The notes beneath the pieces were generated by a model. It saw only the letters and a program-made list of their open reading frames with translations. It did no database searches and was not told the origin of the DNA. A stretch of 36,197 bases of DNA from an uncultured Methanosarcinales archaeon (GTDB lineage Archaea > Nanobdellota > Nanobdellia > Woesearchaeales > GW2011-AR9). The position numbers and the translations under genes were made by a program. The stretch covers positions 1-36,197 of the forward strand of contig CAYHVV010000001.1 of NCBI GenBank assembly GCA_964360115.1, written 5' to 3'. This document shows, one piece after another, positions 1-8,238 of this stretch (position 1 is its first letter; each line of letters starts with the position of its first letter).

Positions 1-174
1 AGCAAAAAAATGTGTTCTCTATGCTAGAGGCTAGTCTTTAGCTAAATAAGTACTATTCTTTGTCCCCGAACCCCTACGAATAGCAAAAAGTAAAGTAATG
101 CCCCCGAGAAAGTTAATCTTGCTTTGCAAGTTATTTAATCTATGAGTTATAGCAAAAAACTACGTCAGTCCCTA

Positions 175-344
175 AAGTGCACAGAAACGCAGTTTCTGGC
201 ATCCCAAAAATCTATGATTTTTCAGGACATCGGCAATGTAAAAACTCTTCGTCACTTCGTTCCTTGTCCTCCCCACTCCGCTCGGAAATTTGATTGACGA
301 TAATTCTAGTCCTCGCTCGTAAGTCGGCGAAACTAACAGGAATT
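175..344. repeat. Intergenic repeat family 1, copy A (hairpin-rich, relatively GC-rich)
   Basis: Shares four blocks in the same order with 1430-1617: hairpin cagaaac-gca-gtttctg (182-198), aaaactcttc (241-250), ccttgtcctccccactccgctcgg (262-285), and aattctagtcctcgctcgtaagtcggcgaaactaacaggaatt (302-344). The last block folds as an interrupted hairpin. A second hairpin is aaaaatc/gattttt at 206-222. Confidence 0.75.
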
Positions 345-433
345 TCCATACGTTACACCACAAACCGAAAGTTATTTATACTTATTGGTCATTTTTCTAA
401 CCATCTGGTCAAATAATTAACCAAGCGGTAAAA

Positions 434-970
434 ATGGACGAATTATTCAAAAATAACACATATAAAATACTTGAACTGTTTATAAAATTTCCAACTAAAG
501 ACTTTTCGCTTAGGGGTCTTGCTAGAGAACTTAAGCTTAGCCATGCCACCATTCTCAATTATATTAACGAGTTACAAAAATTAGGCTTCATCAAAAAGAA
601 AGAAGTTACTCTTTATCCCACTTACTTTGCAAATACAGAAAACCAAAAGTACAAATTCTACAAGAAAAACTGGCTTATTTTCAAAATAACAGAATCGGGA
701 CTTATTGACTATATCCAAAAAGAAGCCTTACCCTCATCCATAATTCTTTTCGGAAGCGGAGCAAAAGCCACGTTTACCGAAAAAAGCGATATTGACCTAT
801 TTGTAGAATCGAATGAGGCAAAATTAAACCTCACAAAATACGAGAAAAAATTAAACCACAAAATTAACCTCTTGTTTGAGCAAAATATCAACAATCTCTC
901 TAAAGAGTTGCGAAACAATATTTTGAATGGTGTTGTTTTGTACGGTTTCATCAAAATTAACGGAGGATAA
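434..970 (+). CDS. wHTH + minimal nucleotidyltransferase (MNT-type) protein
   Basis: N-terminal wHTH-like segment LRGLARELKLSHATILNYINELQKLGFIKKK. Nucleotidyltransferase signature ILFGSGAKATFTEKSDIDLFV (G-S ... D-x-D). Stop is 2 nt before the start of the HEPN partner. Confidence 0.75.
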   Translation: MDELFKNNTYKILELFIKFPTKDFSLRGLARELKLSHATILNYINELQKLGFIKKKEVTLYPTYFANTENQKYKFYKKNWLIFKITESGLIDYIQKEALPSSIILFGSGAKATFTEKSDIDLFVESNEAKLNLTKYEKKLNHKINLLFEQNINNLSKELRNNILNGVVLYGFIKINGG

Positions 971-972
971 AA

Positions 973-1398
973 ATGGCAAATGAAATGAGCTGGAAAGAAT
1001 GTACTGATGAAAAAATTATTACCAAAACTGTTCCTGACGAAGAAAGAGCTAATCAAATGCTTCAAATGGCGAACTTACGTTTGAAATTCTGGGATAAGAA
1101 AATTGCTGATGAATTCAGTGTTCTCAAAGTAGAAGCCTACTACGACATCATTAAAGAGCTTATCTTTGCACATCTCTACAAGAATGGTTATAATTGCACT
1201 AATCATCTCTGTCTTATTGCTTACCTTAAAGAGAAGATGACAGATTTTGACTTTGAAATTCAGAAAATAGATGAATTACTCATAGTGAGAAATGACATCA
1301 ATTACAGAGGACTAATCATCAAGAAAGATTATCTTGAACGCAATGAATTGGAGTTCAAAAACATCATTAAACTACTGAAAGAAGAACTAGAGAAATAA
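973..1398 (+). CDS. HEPN-domain protein, partner of the MNT
   Basis: All-helical 141 aa protein directly coupled to a minimal NTase, the classic MNT-HEPN arrangement. It has the RNDINYRG motif, which is the R-x4-Y variant rather than the RNase-type R-x4-H. Confidence 0.6.
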   Translation: MANEMSWKECTDEKIITKTVPDEERANQMLQMANLRLKFWDKKIADEFSVLKVEAYYDIIKELIFAHLYKNGYNCTNHLCLIAYLKEKMTDFDFEIQKIDELLIVRNDINYRGLIIKKDYLERNELEFKNIIKLLKEELEK

Positions 1399-1429
1399 CG
1401 CCCGCCCCACGTCTAATGTTACTCTGAAA

Positions 1430-1617
1430 TGCTCAGAAACTGCGGTTTCTGGCACGCAAGAAAAGTCGCTGCTTTTCTTCGCGAACTACGACAGCGCCTA
1501 GAAGTACCAGCAACTCAAAAACTCTTCAGCTGATGCCTTGTCCTCCCCACTCCGCTCGGTAAATCGATTAACGAAATTCTAGTCCTCGCTCGTAGGTCGG
1601 AGAAACTAACAGGAATT
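1430..1617. repeat. Intergenic repeat family 1, copy B
   Basis: Same four blocks as 175-344: cagaaac-tgcg-gtttctg (1434-1451), aaaactcttc (1518-1527), ccttgtcctccccactccgctcgg (1536-1559), aattctagtcctcgctcgtaggtcggagaaactaacaggaatt (1575-1617). Its second hairpin has a different sequence (aagaaaag/cttttctt, 1458-1479) but sits at the same relative position. Confidence 0.75.
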
Positions 1618-1692
1618 ATATTCAATTCAGGCAGCTCGCTAGTGTCTGTCAAATAGCAGATTTTAAATAATCATATATTCTTATATCTTAAT

Positions 1693-2064
1693 ATGGAGAA
1701 AAAAATTAACAAATTTATATACTGGACGCCAAGAATTTTATCAATAATACTTGTTTTATTCTTAACAATATTTTCGTGGGATGTTTTTGATGAAAATTTA
1801 AGCTTTTGGCAAACAGTTTTAGCTTTATTAATACACAATATCCCCGCATTGCTGTTAGCAGTGATTATATGGATATCCTGGAAATATGAGATAGTTGGCG
1901 GAGTTGCTTTTATCCTCGCAGGCATAGCACATCTGGTATTTTCAATTATAAGAGAAACCCCTGATCCATGGTATATGGCTCTCGCTATATCTCTAATACT
2001 TGATGGACCAGCATTTCTTATAGGAATCTTATTCCTAGTCGGCTGGTTCAAGAAGAAAAAATAA
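1693..2064 (+). CDS. Small integral membrane protein (about 4 TM), function unknown
   Basis: Four hydrophobic helices and a KKKK tail. TATA-like ttttaaataa lies about 23 nt upstream of the ATG, suggesting a leaderless transcript. Confidence 0.6.
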   Translation: MEKKINKFIYWTPRILSIILVLFLTIFSWDVFDENLSFWQTVLALLIHNIPALLLAVIIWISWKYEIVGGVAFILAGIAHLVFSIIRETPDPWYMALAISLILDGPAFLIGILFLVGWFKKKK

Positions 2065-2149
2065 TGCGAATAGACTTACTCTTAACGCTCACGAAAAGAA
2101 AACTTAATAAACGTACAAATATATATTATTAATAAAAGAGGAACAAGAG

Positions 2150-2902
2150 ATGGCATATCCGAATTTTCAAAACAAGCATCTTGAACAAGCACTTTTCAAT
2201 CCGCAGGACTATGTTAGTTGGAAAAACTATTTGAAGAAAGATTATAAAACTGCTCCTAATAAATATATTTTCATTTACTATGGAAAAATTCTTAATCATT
2301 TTAAAAGAAATTACTCCTATAACAAAATTAAATTATACCGATTGATTACCATTTATCAACATAAGAATATAGGTATAGTCTTGATGACGGGGATAGGATC
2401 TCCTAACGCCGCAACAGTAATGGAGGAATTAATCGCTCTGGGAGGAAAAGAATTTTTGAATATTGGTTCTGCTGGCGGGTTGAAGGACTTTGGTATTTTT
2501 CTGTGCGAAAAATCAATTAGAGACGAGGGAACAAGCTACCATTACATTACCCTGGGAAAATATGCCTATCCAGATAAAGGACTTACAAACAGATTAGAAA
2601 AACAGTTAGTAAAGAATAGGATTTCTTTTCAAAAAGCAACATCTTGGACCATTGACGCCCCATATAGAGAAACAAAAGCAGAGATACAAAAATACAAAAA
2701 ACAAGGAGTTGCAACTGTTGAAATGGAATCTTCCGCCCTATTTACTGTCGCTCAAGTTAGAAAAGTAAAAATCGCTTCTGCTTTTGTTGTTTCAGATATT
2801 TTAGGAGATGATAAGTGGGATCCACAATTTGATGCAAAACATGTAAATCAAAACCTTAATAAGTTATTTGATGTTGCATTAGAATGTTTATTAAAAAGAT
2901 AG
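2150..2902 (+). CDS. Nucleoside phosphorylase (PNP/UDP family)
   Basis: Motifs GIGSPNAATVMEELIALGGKEFLNIGSAGGL and ATVEMESSALFTVA are typical of uridine/purine nucleoside phosphorylases. An agagg RBS lies upstream. Confidence 0.8.
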   Translation: MAYPNFQNKHLEQALFNPQDYVSWKNYLKKDYKTAPNKYIFIYYGKILNHFKRNYSYNKIKLYRLITIYQHKNIGIVLMTGIGSPNAATVMEELIALGGKEFLNIGSAGGLKDFGIFLCEKSIRDEGTSYHYITLGKYAYPDKGLTNRLEKQLVKNRISFQKATSWTIDAPYRETKAEIQKYKKQGVATVEMESSALFTVAQVRKVKIASAFVVSDILGDDKWDPQFDAKHVNQNLNKLFDVALECLLKR

Positions 2903-2953
2903 TGCTCACTCAAATATCCACTGCCCATCTATGGAGAAGATTGAACTCAAGTC

Positions 2954-3337
2954 CTACTTTTTGGATTTGCTGTGCTTCAGCCACTTCTCAGATAACTTGA
3001 AAATAACAAAAAAAATGGGCAATAATAATATGAAGTGTATGCCTAAAAACAAAAATACGAAGTCTTTAGGATAGCCTTCAAGAAAATATCTTACCTGCAA
3101 TAAAACACTGACACATAAAGAAACCAATAAAGACCTGGTGAATAATTTTTTATTTCTGAATAATAAATAAGCGGTATATCCAATCACAGTTCCATAGATG
3201 ATTTTATTGATGAAATAGCGCGAGGGAACAGCATACTCCGAGCTCAATCCATGTATCAAATAGTCAAATCCGGCAAAGATCAGCACTACTGCAAGAATTA
3301 CAAAAAACAAAATGGAATAATAATATGTTTTATTCAT
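2954..3337 (-). CDS. Integral membrane protein (4 TM), unknown; coupled to the cupredoxin gene
   Basis: Hydrophobic helices throughout. Its ATG overlaps the upstream gene's TGA (ATGA on the minus strand at 3334-3337). Confidence 0.55.
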   Translation of the reverse strand: MNKTYYYSILFFVILAVVLIFAGFDYLIHGLSSEYAVPSRYFINKIIYGTVIGYTAYLLFRNKKLFTRSLLVSLCVSVLLQVRYFLEGYPKDFVFLFLGIHFILLLPIFFVIFKLSEKWLKHSKSKK

Positions 3338-3708
3338 TCTACTACCACTTTACCTTTCATTGAAGGATGTATACCACAATGATAATCATAAGTGCCGGGT
3401 GTATTAAAAACATGTACATACGTATTTCCCTTTGAAATAGAATCAGAATTGATTTCATCTCCGGTATCAGAAACAATAGTATGCGGCGCAGAGTCCCTAT
3501 TTGTCCAAACAACACTTACTCCTTTAGATATAGTTAAAGTATTTGGATTAAAAGCGAAACCGTTTATCTCGATATCCATCTTAATTCCCAGATCTCCAGT
3601 AGATGGAGCAGCAGTTGGTTGTACTGGTGTTTTTTGCGCATAACAGCCGCTAACCGCTATAACTATTATCAAAAATCCAATAATAAATGTTTTTTTAATG
3701 TTAATCAT
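3334..3708 (-). CDS. Blue-copper (cupredoxin) lipoprotein
   Basis: Lipobox signal MINIKKTFIIGFLIIVIAVSGC. Copper ligands are HTIV ... YDYHCGIHPSMKGKVVV (His, Cys-x2-His-x2-Met). A GGAG RBS lies directly upstream. Confidence 0.8.
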   Translation of the reverse strand: MINIKKTFIIGFLIIVIAVSGCYAQKTPVQPTAAPSTGDLGIKMDIEINGFAFNPNTLTISKGVSVVWTNRDSAPHTIVSDTGDEINSDSISKGNTYVHVFNTPGTYDYHCGIHPSMKGKVVVE

Positions 3709-3736
3709 CTCCTTTTGAAAGAATTAATAATTTATT

Positions 3737-3813
3737 CTATTTAAATCTGACTATTCTGCTGGTCAAGAAGTGGAGAAAATTTCAAGGGAATAGTCAGGGT
3801 CTGAACGAACCGA
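3737..3813 (-). promoter_or_regulatory. Promoter-associated repeat (PAR) copy 1, ending in a TTTAAATA TATA box 28 nt upstream of the cupredoxin ATG
   Basis: Near-identical to 9434-9509 and to the reverse complement of 17655-17734. Internal inverted repeat ctgactatt (3746-3754) / aatagtcag (3788-3796). Confidence 0.7.
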
Positions 3814-3935
3814 GGCATAGCTGAGCATGCCCTCGGTCGTTGCCGTCAAGCAACCCACGAACGAAGTGACTTGGTTTGACCAAGAGCGGTCGTGAGTGAT
3901 TGACTCATTTGAATTCTTGGGCTCTGTAGAAAATC

Positions 3936-4364
3936 TCAAATATCAAGCAATACTTTTGCTTTCCAGCTCTGTTTGTCTTTAATTACTTCAAATTCATGCC
4001 GGGTAACTGCTTTAACATCAACTCTGGGATCATGTCGGGCTACATCTAACTTTTCGCCGTAGGCAAAACTAGCCAGAGTATAGCCGCCTTTTTTTTCTAG
4101 AATTTCGATATCAAATTTACTGAACAATAGTTGCTTGTAATCCTTGAAGAACACTAATTCTTCTAAAAAATCATGAAGTAAATTTTCAATATCCTTACTT
4201 TCCGCTAAAATTTTAATTTTCTGTTTTGCTTTCACCGAAGAAACATCAATCATGGTTTCTTCTACTGCTAAGGCACATTCTCTAAATAATTCTGGTAATG
4301 TATCTGCTCTGGCTACAAATAAAACATCCGCGGTATGATCAAAAAACTTATGGAACGGCTTCAT
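3936..4364 (-). CDS. Archease
   Basis: N-terminus MKPFHKFFDHTADVLFVARADTLPELFRECALAVEETM matches the archease DHTAD signature. Size is 142 aa. Confidence 0.85.
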   Translation of the reverse strand: MKPFHKFFDHTADVLFVARADTLPELFRECALAVEETMIDVSSVKAKQKIKILAESKDIENLLHDFLEELVFFKDYKQLLFSKFDIEILEKKGGYTLASFAYGEKLDVARHDPRVDVKAVTRHEFEVIKDKQSWKAKVLLDI

Positions 4365-4448
4365 GTTATGATTAGAAACTTCTTAGATTATATACTTTAT
4401 GGCTGAAAAGGGAAAAAATTTATCAACTAAAGCGGGAATAAAGCTACC

Positions 4449-5117
4449 ATGGGGCTTCTGGAAACCGGATTTATGACTTTTATTGACATCATCCTACATC
4501 TTGATGTTTATCTTAAAGCGGTAATTGAAACCTATCATCTTTGGACTTATGCCCTTCTGTTTGTAGTAATTTTCTGTGAAACGGGCTTGATTTTTACCCC
4601 TTTCCTCCCGGGAGATTCTCTTCTCTTTGCTGCCGGAGCTTTTGCCGCGCTGGGATCGTTAAATATTTATTTGGTCTTTTTCATAATTTTAATTGCCGCA
4701 TCTTTGGGAGATTTAGTAAATTACACTGCCGGAAATTATATCGGGCCAAAAATATTCAAAAAAGATGATTCCTTGCTATTCAAAAAAAAATATTTAGTGC
4801 AAACAGAAAAATTTTATGAAAAGCATGGCTCAAAGACTATCATCGCTGCCCGGTTCATACCCATCATCAGGACCTTTGCTCCATTTATTGCCGGAATCGG
4901 AAAAATGAAAGTACTTCGGTTTATATTTTACAATATTACTGGAGCCTTGTTATGGTGCTCTTTCTTTATTTTCGGCGGATACTTTTTTGGTAATATTTCC
5001 TTTGTTAAGGAACATTTCAGCTGGGTAATCCTGGGTATAGTTGTATTATCTTTCCTTCCAGTAATAAAAGGAGTATTGCAAAGCTGGCTTAGGAGCAGAC
5101 AAAACAAAAATCAATGA
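4449..5117 (+). CDS. DedA-family membrane protein
   Basis: CETGLIFTPFLPGDSLLFAAGAFAA plus ARFIPIIRTFAPFIAG are DedA / SNARE-associated family signatures. Multiple TM helices. Confidence 0.85.
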   Translation: MGLLETGFMTFIDIILHLDVYLKAVIETYHLWTYALLFVVIFCETGLIFTPFLPGDSLLFAAGAFAALGSLNIYLVFFIILIAASLGDLVNYTAGNYIGPKIFKKDDSLLFKKKYLVQTEKFYEKHGSKTIIAARFIPIIRTFAPFIAGIGKMKVLRFIFYNITGALLWCSFFIFGGYFFGNISFVKEHFSWVILGIVVLSFLPVIKGVLQSWLRSRQNKNQ

Positions 5118-5229
5118 AAAAGTTTACTTCTTAGGAATTTACAAATCGTAAGATTAAATCAGTTTCAATTTCAACAGAAGAGGAATCAGAGATTGGAAAT
5201 TTTTATAAAGAACAACATATTCATTTTTA

Positions 5230-6468
5230 ATGATGAGAGGTAAAACATCACTGGTGTTGTTAGTAATTCTATTATTTGTAATAAGTTGTGCTCCTCAAGA
5301 ACTTTCCGATGAAGAACTGGAAAAAAAGTTAAGCAATTTATCTGATCAAGAACTTCAAGAGATTGTTAATCAAGGAAATGAAAAGGGAGCAATTGCCGGC
5401 CAAGCTTATTACAACGTAAAGTATGGGGCTTCTAATCAAAAAGTCTATAATTCAGCGAAGAATATTATGAATAAAAAGATTCCTAAATCGGAAGTTCCTT
5501 TGCCAGAAAAAATAATTAATTCTCCACCAGTTTTAAACTTCATAGGCAACAAACAAATCCAGAAAGGGGATTTATTGACTTTTACAGTTAGTGCAACTGA
5601 CGCTAATAATGATCCCTTAGTTTACAGTGCCCAAGTATTGCCTCTTGGTGCTAGTTTTGATGTAACCCTTCAGACTTTTAACTGGATTCCAGCTTACAAT
5701 CAGGTCGGTATTAATCCGATTACGTTTAAAGTAAGTGATGGGAAAAAAGAGGATGAAGAAACAATTAACATTACCGTTTTGGATTCTGTTGTTTTAAATT
5801 CTTGTGTGCCTAAACCAAATGGTTTAGTCGGCTGGTGGGATGGAGATAATGTTAGCGGAACGACTGCCTATGATTTGGTTGGAACACACCATGGAACTTT
5901 AGCTAATGGAGCTAAAATAGGTAAAGGTATGGTGGGAAATGCTTTTGATTTTAGTGGTAATAACGGCTATGTTGGTGTTGCGCATCATACAGACTTTAAT
6001 ATAGATTATAGCTGGTTTATTGATGCTTGGATAATGCCTTTATCATACCCTGCTCCCGGAAAAAGAGGAGCCATATTGATGAAATGGGTTGATGGTGGAG
6101 AAAACAAGGCCTTGGAGATTGGTTCTGATGGAAAAGTGTTTGTTACACTTGTAAATGTGCAAAAACAATCTGCTCAAGTATATTCAACTACTAATCTATT
6201 AATGAATCGGTTTACTTTCGTAGCTGCAAGTTATAATGGAACAGCTTTAAACTTATATATTAATGGTCAGCTTGATAACAGTCTTCCTTTATCAATAGAT
6301 GTTTCAGACTCTTATGGAACTTTTTATATGGGAAATCATCCAACAAGAGGTTCAGAATTTGTTCCTTTTGATGGCTTGATTGACGAAGTTGAATGGAGTA
6401 AAGAAGTTCCAACAGAACAGAAAATACTGGAATTATTTTCTTCTACTAGTAAAGGGAAATGTAAATAA
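5230..6468 (+). CDS. Secreted lipoprotein: cadherin/Ig-like domain + LamG (concanavalin-like lectin) domain
   Basis: Lipobox LLFVISC. Ig-like module PPVLNFIGNKQIQKGDLLTFTVSATDANNDPLVYS. LamG pattern LVGWWDGDN...GNAFDFSGNNGYV...LYINGQLD...FDGLIDEVEW. Confidence 0.7.
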   Translation: MMRGKTSLVLLVILLFVISCAPQELSDEELEKKLSNLSDQELQEIVNQGNEKGAIAGQAYYNVKYGASNQKVYNSAKNIMNKKIPKSEVPLPEKIINSPPVLNFIGNKQIQKGDLLTFTVSATDANNDPLVYSAQVLPLGASFDVTLQTFNWIPAYNQVGINPITFKVSDGKKEDEETINITVLDSVVLNSCVPKPNGLVGWWDGDNVSGTTAYDLVGTHHGTLANGAKIGKGMVGNAFDFSGNNGYVGVAHHTDFNIDYSWFIDAWIMPLSYPAPGKRGAILMKWVDGGENKALEIGSDGKVFVTLVNVQKQSAQVYSTTNLLMNRFTFVAASYNGTALNLYINGQLDNSLPLSIDVSDSYGTFYMGNHPTRGSEFVPFDGLIDEVEWSKEVPTEQKILELFSSTSKGKCK

Positions 6469-6487
6469 GGTGTTAACTTTATTTATT

Positions 6488-6528
6488 TAATAACTGGGAT
6501 ATTGCAAAGCTGGCTTCGAAAAACCTAA
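6488..6528 (+). repeat. Duplicate of the DedA 3' coding end (decoy C-terminus GILQSWLRKT-stop)
   Basis: tattgcaaagctggctt (6500-6516) is identical to 5074-5090 inside the DedA 3' end. taataa lies 12 nt upstream in both copies. The copy reads in frame to a TAA at 6526-6528. Confidence 0.5.
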
Positions 6529-6605
6529 AATAGTCTAACAGAAGAACGTCAAGAATAGTAACTAATACCACAATCCTTTTAAATTCTAATATTCTACCTT
6601 CTGGC

Positions 6606-7082
6606 ATGGCTAAGAAAGCAGTTAAACCAACAAAAGGACGACAACCAACAAGAAGTACAAATCTGTCATCTCGTTCAGTAAAAGCAGCAAAGAAGAAGCT
6701 TCCTGAGACGGAAGAGAATGATGATGAAGAGCTGGAAGTATCTCCGGCTGAAGAACAAGGGATTCTAGCAGACGAAACTTCTGAGGAGCATGAATTAGCG
6801 ATAGATTTAGGCGATGAAGATGAAGATGTTTATACTGAAGAAGGAAGAAAAAAACTGGAAGAAGATGATGAAATCGCACCTTGGGAAGAAGGAGTCATGG
6901 AAGGAGCTGCTGGTTTAGGGCAATTAGGAAAAGACGCGCTTACTGGAAAACCGTTGATGGATACGGATGAAGTTATCGAGATGGAACTAGATGGGCAATT
7001 GTACCGCTTTGTTTCTGAAAAGAATGCCATTAAGTTCCGGGAAAAGATGACGAAGAAGAAAAGTAAGAAAGGAAAAGATTAG
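6606..7082 (+). CDS. Acidic protein with a C-terminal YHS-like domain
   Basis: Lys-rich N-terminus, then a long Asp/Glu-rich low-complexity region. The C-terminus DALTGKPLMDTDEVIEMELDGQLYRFVSEKNAIKF resembles a YHS domain without cysteines. TATA-like ttttaaat lies about 25 nt upstream. Confidence 0.4.
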   Translation: MAKKAVKPTKGRQPTRSTNLSSRSVKAAKKKLPETEENDDEELEVSPAEEQGILADETSEEHELAIDLGDEDEDVYTEEGRKKLEEDDEIAPWEEGVMEGAAGLGQLGKDALTGKPLMDTDEVIEMELDGQLYRFVSEKNAIKFREKMTKKKSKKGKD

Positions 7083-7092
7083 GATTTCTTTT

Positions 7093-7515
7093 ATGGGAAT
7101 ACAAGGAGAAATTTATAATGTTCTTGGTTTGAAAATACCCGCAACACGGTTAGAGGATAGGCTTTATGATGTTTGTGGAAAGAGAGTTTCAGATTGGAAA
7201 TTTAAAGGAGAAAAAGATTTTGAAAGCTGTATAAAATACCCTGATTTAGATAATCCCGAATTAAGCATTAGAATTATGGGGCATAATGCTTCTGATGATT
7301 TGATGGGGCGCCATTTTGAGAGGAATGCTCTGGTTGGATATGCAATAGCAAATGAAAGTTATCAAGATAACGCAACAGCATTGCCTCCGCAAAGAAAAAT
7401 AGATGCATTAAAACCAAGATTAGTAAAAGAAATTAAAGAAAAATTAGGATATGATGCTCAAGTTGGAGATCTTGAAATCTTCTTAGTGTTTGATTGGTTG
7501 CAAGGATCCGATTGA
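7093..7515 (+). CDS. Hypothetical protein
   Basis: Clean 140-aa ORF starting 11 nt after the previous gene. No motif recognised. Confidence 0.45.
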   Translation: MGIQGEIYNVLGLKIPATRLEDRLYDVCGKRVSDWKFKGEKDFESCIKYPDLDNPELSIRIMGHNASDDLMGRHFERNALVGYAIANESYQDNATALPPQRKIDALKPRLVKEIKEKLGYDAQVGDLEIFLVFDWLQGSD

Positions 7516-7533
7516 AATTTGTGCCAACTTTTT

Positions 7534-7604
7534 AATTCAAAACATTTTCTTTCTGCTTTTCTCTCCTTTCAACTTCCTCTTCAAAGTATTTTTAGCGCTC
7601 TCAA
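7534..7604 (-). repeat. Duplicate of the 3' end of the CBS gene (decoy C-terminus VESAKNTLKRKLKGEKSRKKMF-stop)
   Basis: 66 of 68 nt identical to 8239-8306, plus a shared aatt beyond the stop. Frame and TGA (7537-7539, minus strand) are preserved. Confidence 0.85.
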
Positions 7605-7665
7605 CTGTTTTAAGCAGGGACTAAACCAAAAGGTTTAAATAACTAGTAAGATATATCTTACTTAC

Positions 7666-7932
7666 ATGGAAATAGCATTAACAAAAATGAGTTCGAAAGG
7701 ACAGATTGTCATCCCTTCACAGCTTCGAGAAGATATGAAAGAAGGAGAACAGTTAATTATTATCAGGAACGACCACCAACTTATTCTCAAAAAAGTAAGT
7801 GGGATGGATAAGAACCTGAAAGAAGATCTTGTGTTCGCCAAACGAACAGAAGAGGCATGGGAACGCTATGAACGTGGCGAATTTAAGACTAGCACTGCTA
7901 AAGACTTCTTGAAAGATCTTGAGAGATGGTAG
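7666..7932 (+). CDS. AbrB/SpoVT-family antitoxin
   Basis: MSSKGQIVIPSQLREDMKEGEQLIIIRNDHQLILKKV is a canonical SpoVT-AbrB swapped-hairpin motif. Overlaps the toxin gene by 7 nt. Confidence 0.85.
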   Translation: MEIALTKMSSKGQIVIPSQLREDMKEGEQLIIIRNDHQLILKKVSGMDKNLKEDLVFAKRTEEAWERYERGEFKTSTAKDFLKDLERW

Positions 7933-8177
7933 TTGAGACAGTTGATAGAGATTCGTACTTCGAGAAGCTTTTTTCTAAGTTAGATTCTAACCAAAAAGAG
8001 AAAGTCAAGACGCAGATTCGTAAGATTATTGAGAATCCAGAAATAGGGAAACCGATGCGGTATGCTCGAAAGGGAACACGAGAAGTGTATCTCAAATCTT
8101 TTCGACTTTCTTATACATATATTCCAGAAGAAAACAAGGTTATATTCTTAGACTTGTACCATAAAGACGAGCAATAA
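7926..8177 (+). CDS. RelE/ParE-family toxin
   Basis: IENPEIGKPMRYARKGTREVYLKSFRLSYTYIPEENKVIFLDLYHKDE matches the RelE/ParE pattern (NP..GK....G....fRl.Y.....v.....hr). Confidence 0.8.
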   Translation: MVVETVDRDSYFEKLFSKLDSNQKEKVKTQIRKIIENPEIGKPMRYARKGTREVYLKSFRLSYTYIPEENKVIFLDLYHKDEQ

Positions 8178-8238
8178 GCGCCCTAGCTCAAATTCCGTTT
8201 TAACAACAATGAAAAGAAAAAATAATTGAAAGTAAAAT

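Noticed and set aside
1-170. agcaaaaa recurring at 1, 83 and 151 as a possible tandem or CRISPR-like array
   Set aside because: Only the 8-mer is shared and the intervening about 70 nt show no similarity. An A-rich 8-mer recurs by chance in AT-rich DNA.
172-363. 63-aa minus-strand ORF from the track
   Set aside because: It lies entirely within repeat copy A. The homologous frame in copy B (1430-1617) is broken by stop codons, so the conservation is at nucleotide or structure level, not coding.
250-3872. 12-nt match gtcacttcgttc (250-261) to the reverse complement of 3861-3872, suggesting a link between repeat families
   Set aside because: Many chance 12-mer matches are expected in 36 kb read on both strands, and the flanks do not align.
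3809-3900. Possible tRNA or tRNA fragment in the GC-rich hairpin region and at the PAR 5' ends (ggttcgttcag)
   Set aside because: There is no cloverleaf. There is no GTTCRANYC T-loop with a complementary stem, and no acceptor stem pairing on either strand.
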